DNA of 64,000 bases from Octopus sinensis (Eukaryota). How positions within the stretch are numbered: the first letter of the stretch is position 1; each line of letters starts with the position of its first letter. The notes below the pieces were generated by a model that saw nothing but the letters and a program-made list of their open reading frames with translations, had not been told where the DNA came from and searched no databases. Where the stretch lies: the NCBI RefSeq assembly GCF_006345805.1, contig NC_043009.1, positions 19,654,001 to 19,718,000 on the forward strand, given 5' to 3'. The position numbers and the translations under genes were made by a program. This document shows, one piece after another, positions 1 to 10,950 of the stretch.

Positions 1-334
1 AGTGTATAGAAAGCCGTGTAAAGGGGTTCCTACCCCCTCGTAGAATGGTGTAAGAATTGAATGCAAAGTTGCCTTGAAAAGAGCCATGTTATTGTTCTCA
101 TAATTGTAAGAATTTGATAGTCGTGGAAGGCGGTGTAAAACGTTCGCAGGTGAATAGGGTCTCTTCGTTTTCCACGAACGGCAGCGGATGTGCTGTTACA
201 AAACTTCATGCTGTTAAAAGAGAATGGATGACCTATGTAGGCAAGATGGGAATGAAGCATGGGTAAGTAAATATGGGTAATTTATAAAATATAGAACATG
301 CATGTATATATATGTATGTATGCCTGTATATATG

Positions 335-470
335 TACAAAATCCACTGAGAAGGCTTTTGTTGGTCTGAAGCTACAGCAGAAGACACATGCCAAGTCACC
401 ACACAGTGGGACTGAACCCAGGACCATGTGTTTGGGACGTAGTTTGTTACCACATAGCCACACCTGCCCC
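335..470 (-). mobile_element. tRNA-derived SINE, family A (octopus OR/CORE-like), 5' part
   Basis: Reverse strand reads GGGGCAGGTGTGGCTATGTGG (A box) ... GGGTTCAGTCCC (B box) ... CTTGGCATGTGTCTTCT; homologous to copies at 6389, 14530, 23936 and 51995. Confidence 0.8.
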
Positions 471-2444
471 TATGTATGTGTGTGTATGTGCGTATGTGTG
501 TATGGGTAGATATATTATCCATGTATATTTGTGTATATATATATATATGTACATATTACATGTACATCTATATATATACATCTACACATAAAATACAAAC
601 TACAAAGTTATATCTTGATATCGCTAGTGATAACAATACTCAAAATATATAACAGACTGGAATTGCAGGCCCGTCTCTTGCAATTTCGATCAATTGGATC
701 TTGTCCTCCTTCTTGTATTGAAGTGTATGGCTGCAGCGAAATTCATTTTTGGACTTTCTTCTATCGAAGGCATTTTAACAAAAACGCTTCCGTAAAGACG
801 GTGAAAATATTGTCAATTTCCCCAAACAGGGACACAATTAAATTTTTAAACAATAACCAAAGCCCCTTCTCCGAAAGGGGGAGGGTTACGGTTTACAATT
901 ATTTAACAAATGCCACACAACAACGTTTCCCTGACGAGGAACCAACAAACGTGATTACAATAGTCAAACAGTAATAATAATAACAACAAACCTTTTTAAT
1001 TTATCCCCATTTATGTGAAACCACTTATTCAAGTTCAAGTCATTGATGCAATTTTATACGAATTGCTAATACACACACACACATAAGGGTGAAAAATTGA
1101 ATATTAATTTGATTAATATGAATTGAAAACCAGTGATATAGCATATAAGACCATAGCGGATTTTCCTCTAGCAAAAAGGATGACCAGTATTAATGGCTCA
1201 TCCCTGTTATATAAATACTTTCACTTTAATTGTTGCATACTTGCAAAGAGAAAGTAGGAGAAAGTGTGGTGGTAATGGAAGGAGTGAAGCACTTGAAATG
1301 AGAGAGGGAAATCGTAAAATATTGAGTTTTCTCGAATTTTTGCTTAATTGGGGGTGAAATTGAAAAAACTTTACATGCCATGACCCAATGGAATCTACTT
1401 CGAAAAATCATAGGTAAATTTCAATTGAAGAAATTCTATATTGTACGATTGTATAAAAAACGAACGATTTGGGAGGCAGAGAAAATCTGCCTTTTATCAT
1501 GAGATATCATAAGAGATAAGAGATATATGGGTGTGTTTGTGTGTGTGTGTGTGTGTGTGTATGCGCGTGTTTGTGTGTTTATGTGTGTGTGGTGTGTGTG
1601 TGTGTTGTGTGTGTGTGTATGTGTTTGTGTGTATGCACACACAATTTTAATAGCCTCGCAAAGAAGTAAATTTGTGACAAATACAGAGAATATGACAAGG
1701 ATATTGGTTTCCAATGCTTCAGAATGTGTTTTATGCAAAGCCTTCCTCTTTACATGTTTGCAGTAAAACAGGAAACATCCAAACAAGTTTCAGTCTTCTC
1801 CGTTTTGGGATTTCATCGGCGACTGGCTTCCCTTATGAACTATTCACGACCATGCTAATATATTCCTCAATTTCTAAAGGATCCATGAGTAAATTACATA
1901 AACCAATCTAGAACAAATTAGTGATCCTGGTGGTCACTAATTTGATTACTGATGCATTAACAGTGTTTTGCTTCGATGCTATATTCTACTATACATTCAT
2001 ACATATTTCACTATACGCCGTTCCACGTCTATTTACTTCAGACCCTGACCGCTCCTCTCTGTCAGAAAACACCAACTCTGCTCATTTCCGTTATACAGTA
2101 TCACTCATCTTTAATAACTGTACTTTCTTTTTCTTTCTTCTTCCCCCTTTTTTTTGAAAGATAAGAGTCCTTCTCTTTGCTTTCCATCTAACTTGACAAA
2201 GAGCACCTATCCGAATCGTCGATGTCTTTTCTCTCTCACTGCTTTATTGTATCGAGTCTGTATTTGTTTGTTGTTTATTCTTTACCTTCTTAGCATTTAG
2301 GATTTACTCTTGGTATAGATTTACAAATTCTAGTCACAACAAAACATAATTAATGTATCACGAGAAAATATTTAATTGATTTATTAACTTCTTTGGGGAA
2401 CAGAAGAAACAATTAAATTAATTATTAATATTTATTATTCTTAA

Positions 2445-2655
2445 GGCAGAGACCTAGTAGAATCTTTACCGCGCCAGACAACGGCATTCTTTAACATCTG
2501 TCTTTACGTTCTGAGTTCAAATTCAGCCGATGTCGACTTTGCTTTCATCCTTTCAGGGTCGATAAATTAAGTACCAGTTGTGCACTGGGGTCGATGCAAT
2601 CGATTTTCCCCGTCCACCGAAATTGCTGACTTTGTGCCAAAATTTGAAATCAATA
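2445..2655 (+). mobile_element. tRNA-derived SINE, family B (Meta/MESC-like central domain)
   Basis: GAGTTCAAATTC B box followed by GTCGACTTTGCTTTCATCCTTTCAGGGTCGATAAATTAAGTACCAG, matching copies at 45035, 52601 and 58541; the domain name is from memory. Confidence 0.8.
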
Positions 2656-3394
2656 TTTATCAATCTGATCTTGGCAAGTAAGGGTGACAACTTTGGCCTT
2701 GTTCCGGTATTATCAAACCTCCTCAGTGAAGCATTGCATTCTCTGTATGTAATTATATTGGCTACTTATTAATACAATTTATCACTGGCGTCTCCCGAAG
2801 GCTATATTTAGCATAACAGCTTTAGTCATGGCACTCTCTGGTTCTAACAATATTTCTATAGCTAGATGAACCCCCGTAATGAAAACGATTCCGTTCCTCT
2901 TCGTTAATTAAACCCCCTCGGCTAATAATGAACACTAAACTATTGTCAAGTCGGTTTGTGCTGTCATCATCTGAGTTGATCAGTAAGTCATTGTGAATGA
3001 ACAATTGACTAAAGACTAAAGACAATGGCCTCTATTCATTTGTCTCCAAAGTCCACAAATTCTGTTATCCTTACAATTCCTCCTGCTGTTTTAAGTTGTT
3101 GCTTACTCACGTCTAATTAGCGTCACCAGATGGACATTTTCTTACTTTAATTATCCCATTTTTATTCTTTTTAAAACTTCACTTTTTATATATTATGTTT
3201 TAAACTTATTTATTTTTATCATGTTTATTTATATTTAGTTTTTAAACTTATTTTTGTTTATTAATTATATCAGTTTTCTTGACTGAACTCTCGTTATCAA
3301 CAAAGGAACAAAAATTTATTTTTTTGAAATTTGTTTTTCTAATGCCCGCTCATCCACCTTTCATGTGGCAAATAACTAAATAAATCAATATTAA

Positions 3395-3604
3395 TTCTTC
3401 TTCTTCTTCTTCTTCTTCTTCTTCTTCTTCTTCTTCTTCTTCTTCTTCTTCTTCTTCTTCTTCTTCTTCTTCTTCTTCTTCTTCTTCTTCTTCTTCTTCT
3501 TCTTCTCTTCTTCTTCTTCTTCTTCTTCTTCTTCTTCTTCTACTACCACATCATCATCATCATCATCATCATCGTCGTCGTCGTCGTCGTCGTTGTTGTT
3601 GTTG

Positions 3605-3652
<48 letters not shown>

Positions 3653-3655
3653 TAT
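3395..3655. repeat. compound trinucleotide microsatellite (TTC)n-TAC/CAC-(ATC)n-(GTC)n-(GTT)n-(ATT)n
   Basis: Read directly. Confidence 0.97.
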
Positions 3656-3888
3656 GTTGAAAAGAGGAGATCAAGCCTTCAAGGAAAGAAGCTTTATTCA
3701 GTGTTAGAGGATGAGAATTACATGTGACTGTGGCTATGGAAAGATGTAACTGAAGAAAGAGACCAAGGGAAGGAATTTGGTGGCGCAAGAAAAGGTCCTG
3801 AAGAGACAAAAATGAATGAAGAGGATGGCAGAGTAGCAGGAGAGACTGCATGTAACATAGATTGTGTTCGCATGTCCACAGCTCAGAA

Positions 3889-4780
3889 TGCAAGAGGCAT
3901 TCCAGAAGTTCTGAAACTTTTTCAAGAGAGATATCTATTAACTTCAAAGAAGTACAAAACCCTGATCTCTTTCAAAGTAGGGGCCTCTGACTTCAATGCA
4001 TTTATTGTAGTGCCCCAGCTACTTCGTGATAGCCCCATGCAAGTCCTCCAAAGTGGTGTCCAAGACCCTTGTAGTAGCCGCCTTTAACTTTGTCTTGAGT
4101 TTGTGGAACAGCCAAAAATCACATGGAGCAAGGTCTGGACTGTAGGGGGGAGGGCGAGGGGCAGTTTTGATGCCCATTTCTGTCAAGTGGATTGGTTACT
4201 AGGATGGAACTGTGGACTGCTGCAGGTGCCACTGAGTGGAGGGGAAGAGCCGTGGCCTTTTGCCATGAAATCTCTTCCTGAACTCCCTCTTCCTGCCACA
4301 AAGTACTTTTTGTTAATTGCTGAGCCAGAGAGAACCTAGTAGATATAGATGATGCCCTCGCTGTTGAAAACGGAGGATCATTATGAGTTTCCCGGTGGAC
4401 TTGCTATGTCTGGCCCCTTGTGCCAGCGAAAAAACAGATGTTCAGTTCATACAAGTTAATCCCAAAACAGCCTGAAGACTTCCATAAGTTCCTGGAGCGT
4501 TTTTCACCCAGTTCAACACGAAATTTTATCGCATGGTCAGCTTCCAAATTGTCTTCTCGTTCCGATTGCATTCTGCAAACTAGTCAACTGTGACGAGCAG
4601 TATTTAATAGGATGTGTTCAAAGTGCTGTTACAGCAGAGTTTCCTTCAATCTGGAACGACAAAAGTCAGCTTATTAGATTTGATATGAAGTAATGACATA
4701 CTAAAATTCCAAGAATCCAGGCAAGTTAGAACTGCTGCCTCTCCTGAAATGGTTTCAAAACTTCTGGAATGCACCTCGTA
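3889..4780 (-). mobile_element. internally deleted mariner (Tc1/mariner) element with both TIRs
   Basis: TIRs caagaggcattccagaagttctgaaac (3891-3917) and gtttcaaaacttctggaatgcacctcg-TA (4752-4780). Minus strand encodes PYSPDLAPCDFWLF (4108-4145), a GKLMMI..EGII-like segment and an N-terminal AIKFRVELG HTH remnant; frameshifted. Confidence 0.85.
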
Positions 4781-4899
4781 AATCCCCAAGTGCAGAGATG
4801 ATCGGGTTACAGCAGTAATTCCCTGGAAAGACTTCAAGAGATTTGTTTTGCCACTGCAGACATGAGCTTTAACCATTTTGTGTGAATTGAAACTAAATC

Positions 4900-6385
4900 C
4901 TAAAAAACAACGAAATGAGGCTGTTTTAGGACTTTTTCTATGCAAACAAGGGACACATAACAAGACACATGGATGATATAAAGAAAAATGAGAAACAGTC
5001 TTGTACATAGTTTCCGCATTTTCTCAAATGACGTAGGTATGGAATTTTGGATAGAAAAGTGCGCTTATGGAAAATGAAACGAGGACGATTTGAAAGAAGC
5101 CGGGGAATTGAAATGTGAAGTGAGCAAACAATAAGAGCAGTTGAGAAAGAACAGTGGTATAAGTACTTGGGAATATTGAAAGCAGACGATATGAAAATGA
5201 AGAAATGAAACAATTTACCAATAGGGAATACACAAGGAATGTCAGAAAATTATTGCAGTCAAAGCTGAATTCAAAAAAGTCTTATTGAAGCAATAAATGC
5301 AAGAGCAGTAGCTTTAATCAGATGTGGAATTGAATTTATGGACTAGATATAAATAAACTTGACAGAAAAAAACTAGGAAGTTGTTGACGATGTATGGAGC
5401 CTGCCATCCGCAAACTGATGTCAACTGGCTGAGGCTTAACAGCAGTAGAAGAATATGTACAGATGGAAAGAAAAACTCTCGTAAACAGGTGAAGAAGCAC
5501 GTAATAGGAGAAAAAAACAAGAATGAAAAGTGAGCAGGTGAGGCAGATCGAAGAGAAACCTCTGCATGGCCAATTTTGGAGAACCGCTGAAGATGTATGT
5601 GGAAAAAAATCATAGGTTTGGTTAAAAAAGGAGAAATTAACAAAAGAAACAAAGTCTAATTATAGCGGCCCAAGATCAAGCGATAAAAAACAAACAACTT
5701 GAGAGAAAAAAATATATGGAGGAATGTGTCAGAGAAATGTAGAGTCTGTGGAACTTGGAACGAGACAGCGGCACACATTGTGGAAGAAGGCTCCAAGTGA
5801 ATAGGTTGTAAAAGTTATACACTGGAAACTGTGCCAGAAATGGGAATTTGAAGCTAGAAACACATGGTACAATCATGGAGTCGAAAGAGTACAAGAGTCG
5901 GAGAAATGTAAGATTTTGTGGGACTTTTCCTATTCAAGCGGACAAGAAGTTAGAAAATAATAAACCGGACATAACAATTATAATTAAGGTAAAGCGAAGC
6001 TACTTACTTATCGACCCATCATGCCCGCTTGATTCCAGGATTGTAAAGAAAGAGGACGAAAAATAAAGAAAATACAATCCCTTAAATTTTGAAATAGGAA
6101 GAATTTGGAGCATGCGAACTGTAAAGGTCGTATCTATAATAATTGGTGCGCAGGGAACAGTAAGTAAAGTTATAGACAAAGGGCTGAAGGAGATTGGAAT
6201 ACAATGCCCGGTAGAGTTCCTACGGAAAGTCTGTCTCTTAGCGACAACAAAGATTATCAGGAGGGTCCTAAGCACTTGAAAGACTGCTGAAAACTTGTGG
6301 ATATCTAAGGTTACGGGTAGTAAACCGCTACTCACATAAATCCTACCAGGAATAAGACCGAACCTGGGCCAAACCAAAATAATAA
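4900..6385 (+). pseudogene. decayed R4/Dong-clade LINE, RT C-terminus to REL endonuclease and 3' end
   Basis: HMDDIK at ~4969, FG(W)IEKCA-like motif, IQADKKLENNKPDITII (REL PD motif), IIIGAQGTV and [11 protein letters not shown] ending at 6279; many stops and frameshifts. Confidence 0.8.
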
Positions 6386-6388
6386 GAG

Positions 6389-6910
<522 letters not shown>

Positions 6911-8344
6911 AAAAAAACGAAATAATAATGATGATGATGATGACGATGACGATGATGATGATGATGATGATGGTGGTGGTGATGATAACAACAACAACAA
7001 TACAATATGTAACACAAAAAATGTTTGAGGATAGCAAAGAATGGTTCCAAGATGAGAAAAAGTGAACGAAATCAATTGATTTTTTATTGATTTTTACACT
7101 TTTGTTTTTAACTAAATTTCAATTCGTTTATATTTTCGTGTTTATTGTTTCGCAGTATTGGTGTTTTGTGTGTGGTATGTACTTGTGTTTGGTCTGTGTT
7201 CGTGTTGGTATGTTTGTGTGTTGGTATGTTTGTTGTAATGGTGAGGTCAGTGGAGTGCGGTGAAAGAGCAAGGTTACTTAGAAACTAATGGAGTCGAATC
7301 ACGCATGCTTCCTGGCCGTAATCGGCCAACAACAAACAAGGCCAATTCCACATCAAGAAATTGTGAAAGAAAATGTTTTTCCTTAAACCCTGTCATTTAG
7401 TTGGAGTGAGAAACAAGATGAAAAGAAATCCAGGCCTGTTGTTGATTTGATTTTTCTAGCTTAGCAGCAATGGCGTGCTCAGCTCGCAAGTGACACGCCT
7501 TCAAACCCTACAATTACACGGAGACGACGAAGCAGCTTGCCGTAAGTGTCTAGCTGTGTCTCGGTGCAATGGACCTGCGATGCCAGATGATGTCATAGTG
7601 TGTAGCCAGGTGTTAGGGTTACATGTTTAGCTTAGAGACAAGGTACACTCGACCTTTAAGGTCGTTAGTTTTAGTCTAACGAGATATATAAACAATCGGA
7701 GTGAGGAAGAGACGACCAACGAAGAAAGACAAAATGGGATGACAAAAAAAAAAAAAAAAACAAACAAAAATATCTAACATAAAGAAAAAAAATTAAGGTA
7801 TAAAAATACATTTGTTAAAGAAATATTTCTCTGAGTGGAGAAAATGATTTTCTGAACTTCAAGTAATTATATCGTGCTACAAGGGTAACCAAGTGTCATA
7901 GTCTACTTTCAGCTCCATTTATATCATTACACTTGACATATCTCGTCACTGGAGACATTTGATAATTTAAAATTATTCAGAAAGTCCACCTTAAGTTGGA
8001 CAACAACAACAACAACAAGATGACGACGACGGCGACGACGGACCATCGTTTATTTAGACAATACATAATGGATGCGTTGCGCTGCTGTTAATTAACCGCC
8101 ACAATTAGATTATTGATTACTTCCGGTGATAAACAAGATTGTTGGTCTTTTTTTTATATTATAAAATCAGATGTAACCGGGACAGATTATTACTTCCGGT
8201 AATAAACTGTTGACCAACAGGGTTACGTTATTACTTCTGGTAATAAATTCCGGTTGGTCATTTTAAAGAGTTCACTACAATAGATTTTACAACAAAATAA
8301 TTGTAACTTCAATTTGACTTTAATTTTTCAATATTTCTTTTCAA

Positions 8345-8480
8345 TTAACGGTCATTAGCGTGGCAAATACGGTAGACAGCAGTTAGTAAGTGATTCATTT
8401 CGAGTTCACATCTCACCAGCACTGGTTTTCCTTTTTATCTTTGCAGTATCAATAAATCAAAAACCAGCCACAAACTAAGA
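8345..8480 (+). mobile_element. highly degenerate SINE family B fragment
   Basis: TTAGCGTGGCAAATAC..TTCGAGTTCACATCTC..TTTCCTTTTTATCTTTGCAGTATCAATAAATC resembles the family B head and body. Confidence 0.4.
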
Positions 8481-8706
8481 ATCGTCTTCCCCTTCCCCTT
8501 ATAATTTTCCCATCCTGTACCTATAACTGGAATCGTTATTCTGTAGGAATCTCCTTTTCCTATACTTTACATTTAGACATTTAACTTTCGCGAATTCGCC
8601 AACCAAAGTGTTGAGGCTTGTGACTCTTCACCCCTAGGCGACATAATAGTAAGAAAAACCGTGTAAACGATTAAATCAGCAGCGATATTTTTATCATATA
8701 TATATC

Positions 8707-9042
8707 GGGACCCCCTTCGGACACGACACTGACCATGGGATTGCACCTAGAAAGTTACCCTCCTAGTCACAAGTCTGGGCAAGGTGGTTTATGGAAGACC
8801 AGCAGTCGCCCATGCATACCGGCCTCCCCTCTCCACGCCACCAGTGTTATCCAAGGGAGAGGCAGCAGCCGATACAGCTTGGCACCTGTGACGTCGCAGC
8901 TCATTTCTACAGTTGAGTGAACTGGAGCAACGTGAAATAAAGTCTTGCTCAAGAACACAACACGCAGCCCCGTCCGGGATTCGAGCTCACAACCTCACGA
9001 TCGTAAGCTCGACGTTCTAACCACTGAGCCATGCGCCTTCAC
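8707..9042 (-). mobile_element. tRNA-derived SINE, family C (V/CORE-like body, possibly RTE-type tail)
   Basis: Minus strand starts GTGAAGGCGCATGGCTCAGTGGTTAG (A box) ... GAGCTCGAATCCCGG (B box) ... GTGTTGTGTTCTTGAGCAAGAC; the tail assignment is from memory only. Confidence 0.75.
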
Positions 9043-9043
9043 C

Positions 9044-9108
<65 letters not shown>

Positions 9109-9142
9109 AGGAGATGTGGAACACGAGTTGTGATATATGAAA

Positions 9143-9428
9143 AAAGGAAATGAAGAAAATGCCGACAAAATAATTTAAGTAAGGGAGAGTGTATTTAACT
9201 AGGTGAAAGTTCTTTTTACCGGTTGCGCATTTGTTATGCTTATCAAAAGATATTTTTAAGAGAGATAGAGTTCCGAAAAAAAATCTATCAGAAAGGAACT
9301 CTATCTCTCTTAAAAATATATCTTTTGATAAGCATAACAAATGCGCAACCGGTAAAAAGAACTTTCACCTAATTAAATACACTCTCCCTTACTTAAATTA
9401 TTTTGTCAGCATTTTCTTCATTTCCTTT
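9143..9428. repeat. near-perfect long inverted repeat (foldback/MITE-like)
   Basis: Arms 9143-9274 and 9295-9428 are reverse complements with 2 mismatches and one 2-bp indel; 20-nt loop; (TA)n nearby on both sides. Confidence 0.95.
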
Positions 9429-9519
9429 ATATATATATATATACATACACACGAGAAGAAATAATTTTTGCCTCTTGTCAAGCACTCTGACCAGCAGCTA
9501 CGCTGGTGATAGAAAAGTG

Positions 9520-10380
9520 TCTCAGGCGGTCAAGGACCTTGATGTCAGTAAAACTGCAAAATGACCTGCGTGCAATATAAAAATGGGCTGATGAAAATAA
9601 GATGCAGTTCAATGCTGATAAGTTTCAAGCATTCTGTTGTCGGCCCACAAACAGACTACAGTCGGAATACATAGGACCAGGGGGCAGTGCAACTCCAGAC
9701 TTAGAATCAGTGCGTGACCTGGGAATCCACGTGAGCAGTGATGGAACATTCCATGTACATAATGCCAGGATCGTAACACTGAGCATTTGTCCTCAGTCGC
9801 CTGGATTACTGCTCTCAATTATGATCGACGCAGAGCGTCAAATTAATGGCGGAACTTGAGGTACTCCAGTACCGCTACACAATGATAATTCACTTGTTGA
9901 AACAGTTGAGCTGCTGGGAGAAGTTACAAGAACTGAAGCTCTCCTCTCAGGAGAGAAGGCGAGAAAGGTGTGCAGTGGTATACATATGGAAGATCCTGAA
10001 AGATCTAGCTCCCAACTTTGGAATTAAAAATCACCGAACTGGACGACACTGCATAATACCAAAGATACTGTCTTGTTCATCTCGGAGAAGGACTCAATAT
10101 TGCAACAGCTTGGGTTTCAGGGGATCACGACTCTTTAACATCCTGCCAAGGAACTTAAGAGATCTGCAAGGTGTAGATGTGGAAACGTTCGGAAAGCAGA
10201 TGGACCAATTTCTCTCTGAATTCCCAGATGAGGCCACATCGCGGCAGGAGGCACAAAGAGGAGCAGCTTCGTCCAACTCTTGCTTCTTCACCAAAACAAT
10301 ACCAAAAGGAGACCCCAAAACATTGAAAGGCGATGCTCCAGCATGGCCCCAGACTCTGGCTGTAATCAGTAAAATACTTA
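9520..10380 (+). pseudogene. 5'-truncated CR1/L2-group LINE 3' fragment
   Basis: LQNDL..KWADENKMQFNADKFQ, VRDLGIHVS, RLDYCSQL, ERRRERC, SLGFRGSRLFNILP, MDQFLSEFPD (ORF track 9602-9859 and 9846-10445), then 3' UTR. Confidence 0.85.
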
Positions 10381-10409
10381 AAAGAACACACACACAGTGT
10401 GTATGTGTG

Positions 10410-10950
10410 CGTATGAGTAATATGGCTAAGCGTCACTCTCTGTAACCTCAGCTTGATCCATTCTTTGTGAGAGAAACTGAGCAGACGGAAACTATACTGA
10501 AGCCCATCGGGTGAAATTTACCCGTCGTTTAAAAGGTTCGCCCTTGTGTATACACACTGCATCATGCTAATTCTAGCTGAGGATTATATTGACAGTACTC
10601 GTGTCTGTGGAATATTCAGCCATATGCATGTAAATTCAATGAACAGCTATTTTCAGCTATTTCAGTTGATAGAGTAAATGAATCATTGTTGTAGAACGAC
10701 GGAGAACCCCCGATAGATGTGTATTTGTGTATGTATGTGCACATGTGTACGTGCAGGTATGTTTTTGTTTCCGCTGGTATTGTATATGTGTTAAGCTCCT
10801 TAAAAAGTCCCATAACTTAGCATTTCGATAAAAAGACGTTGATAAAATAGATCCCAAGTTAAAAAAAAATACCGCGGTCTATTCGTTTGATTTAAAAATC
10901 CCTAAGATGGTGCTCCAGTATGGCCGTAGTAATCTAATGGCTGAAATCAG
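10410..10950 (+). mobile_element. degenerate SINE family A
   Basis: GCAGACGGAAACTATACTGAAGCCCATCG (10480-10510) and tail AAGATGGTGCTCCAGTATGGCCGTAG..GGCTGAAATC (10903-10948). Confidence 0.5.

Noticed and set aside
30-260. Minus-strand ORF faintly like a Penelope GIY-YIG C-terminus (GHPFSFNSMKF)
   Set aside because: Only a few residues match and it is cut by the window edge; too little to call.
531-974. 147-aa ORF containing CTGACGAGG near its end
   Set aside because: It starts in a microsatellite, has no domain motif in either strand, and no hammerhead GAAA follows.
1914-1944. 13-bp stem hairpin CAAATTAGTGATC-CTGGT-GGTCACTAATTTG
   Set aside because: Too short for a pre-miRNA, AT-rich, and plausible by chance in 64 kb.
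8990-9042. tRNA-like A/B boxes here and at the other SINE heads
   Set aside because: They are SINE heads continuing into SINE bodies, with no complete cloverleaf, so they are not tRNA genes.
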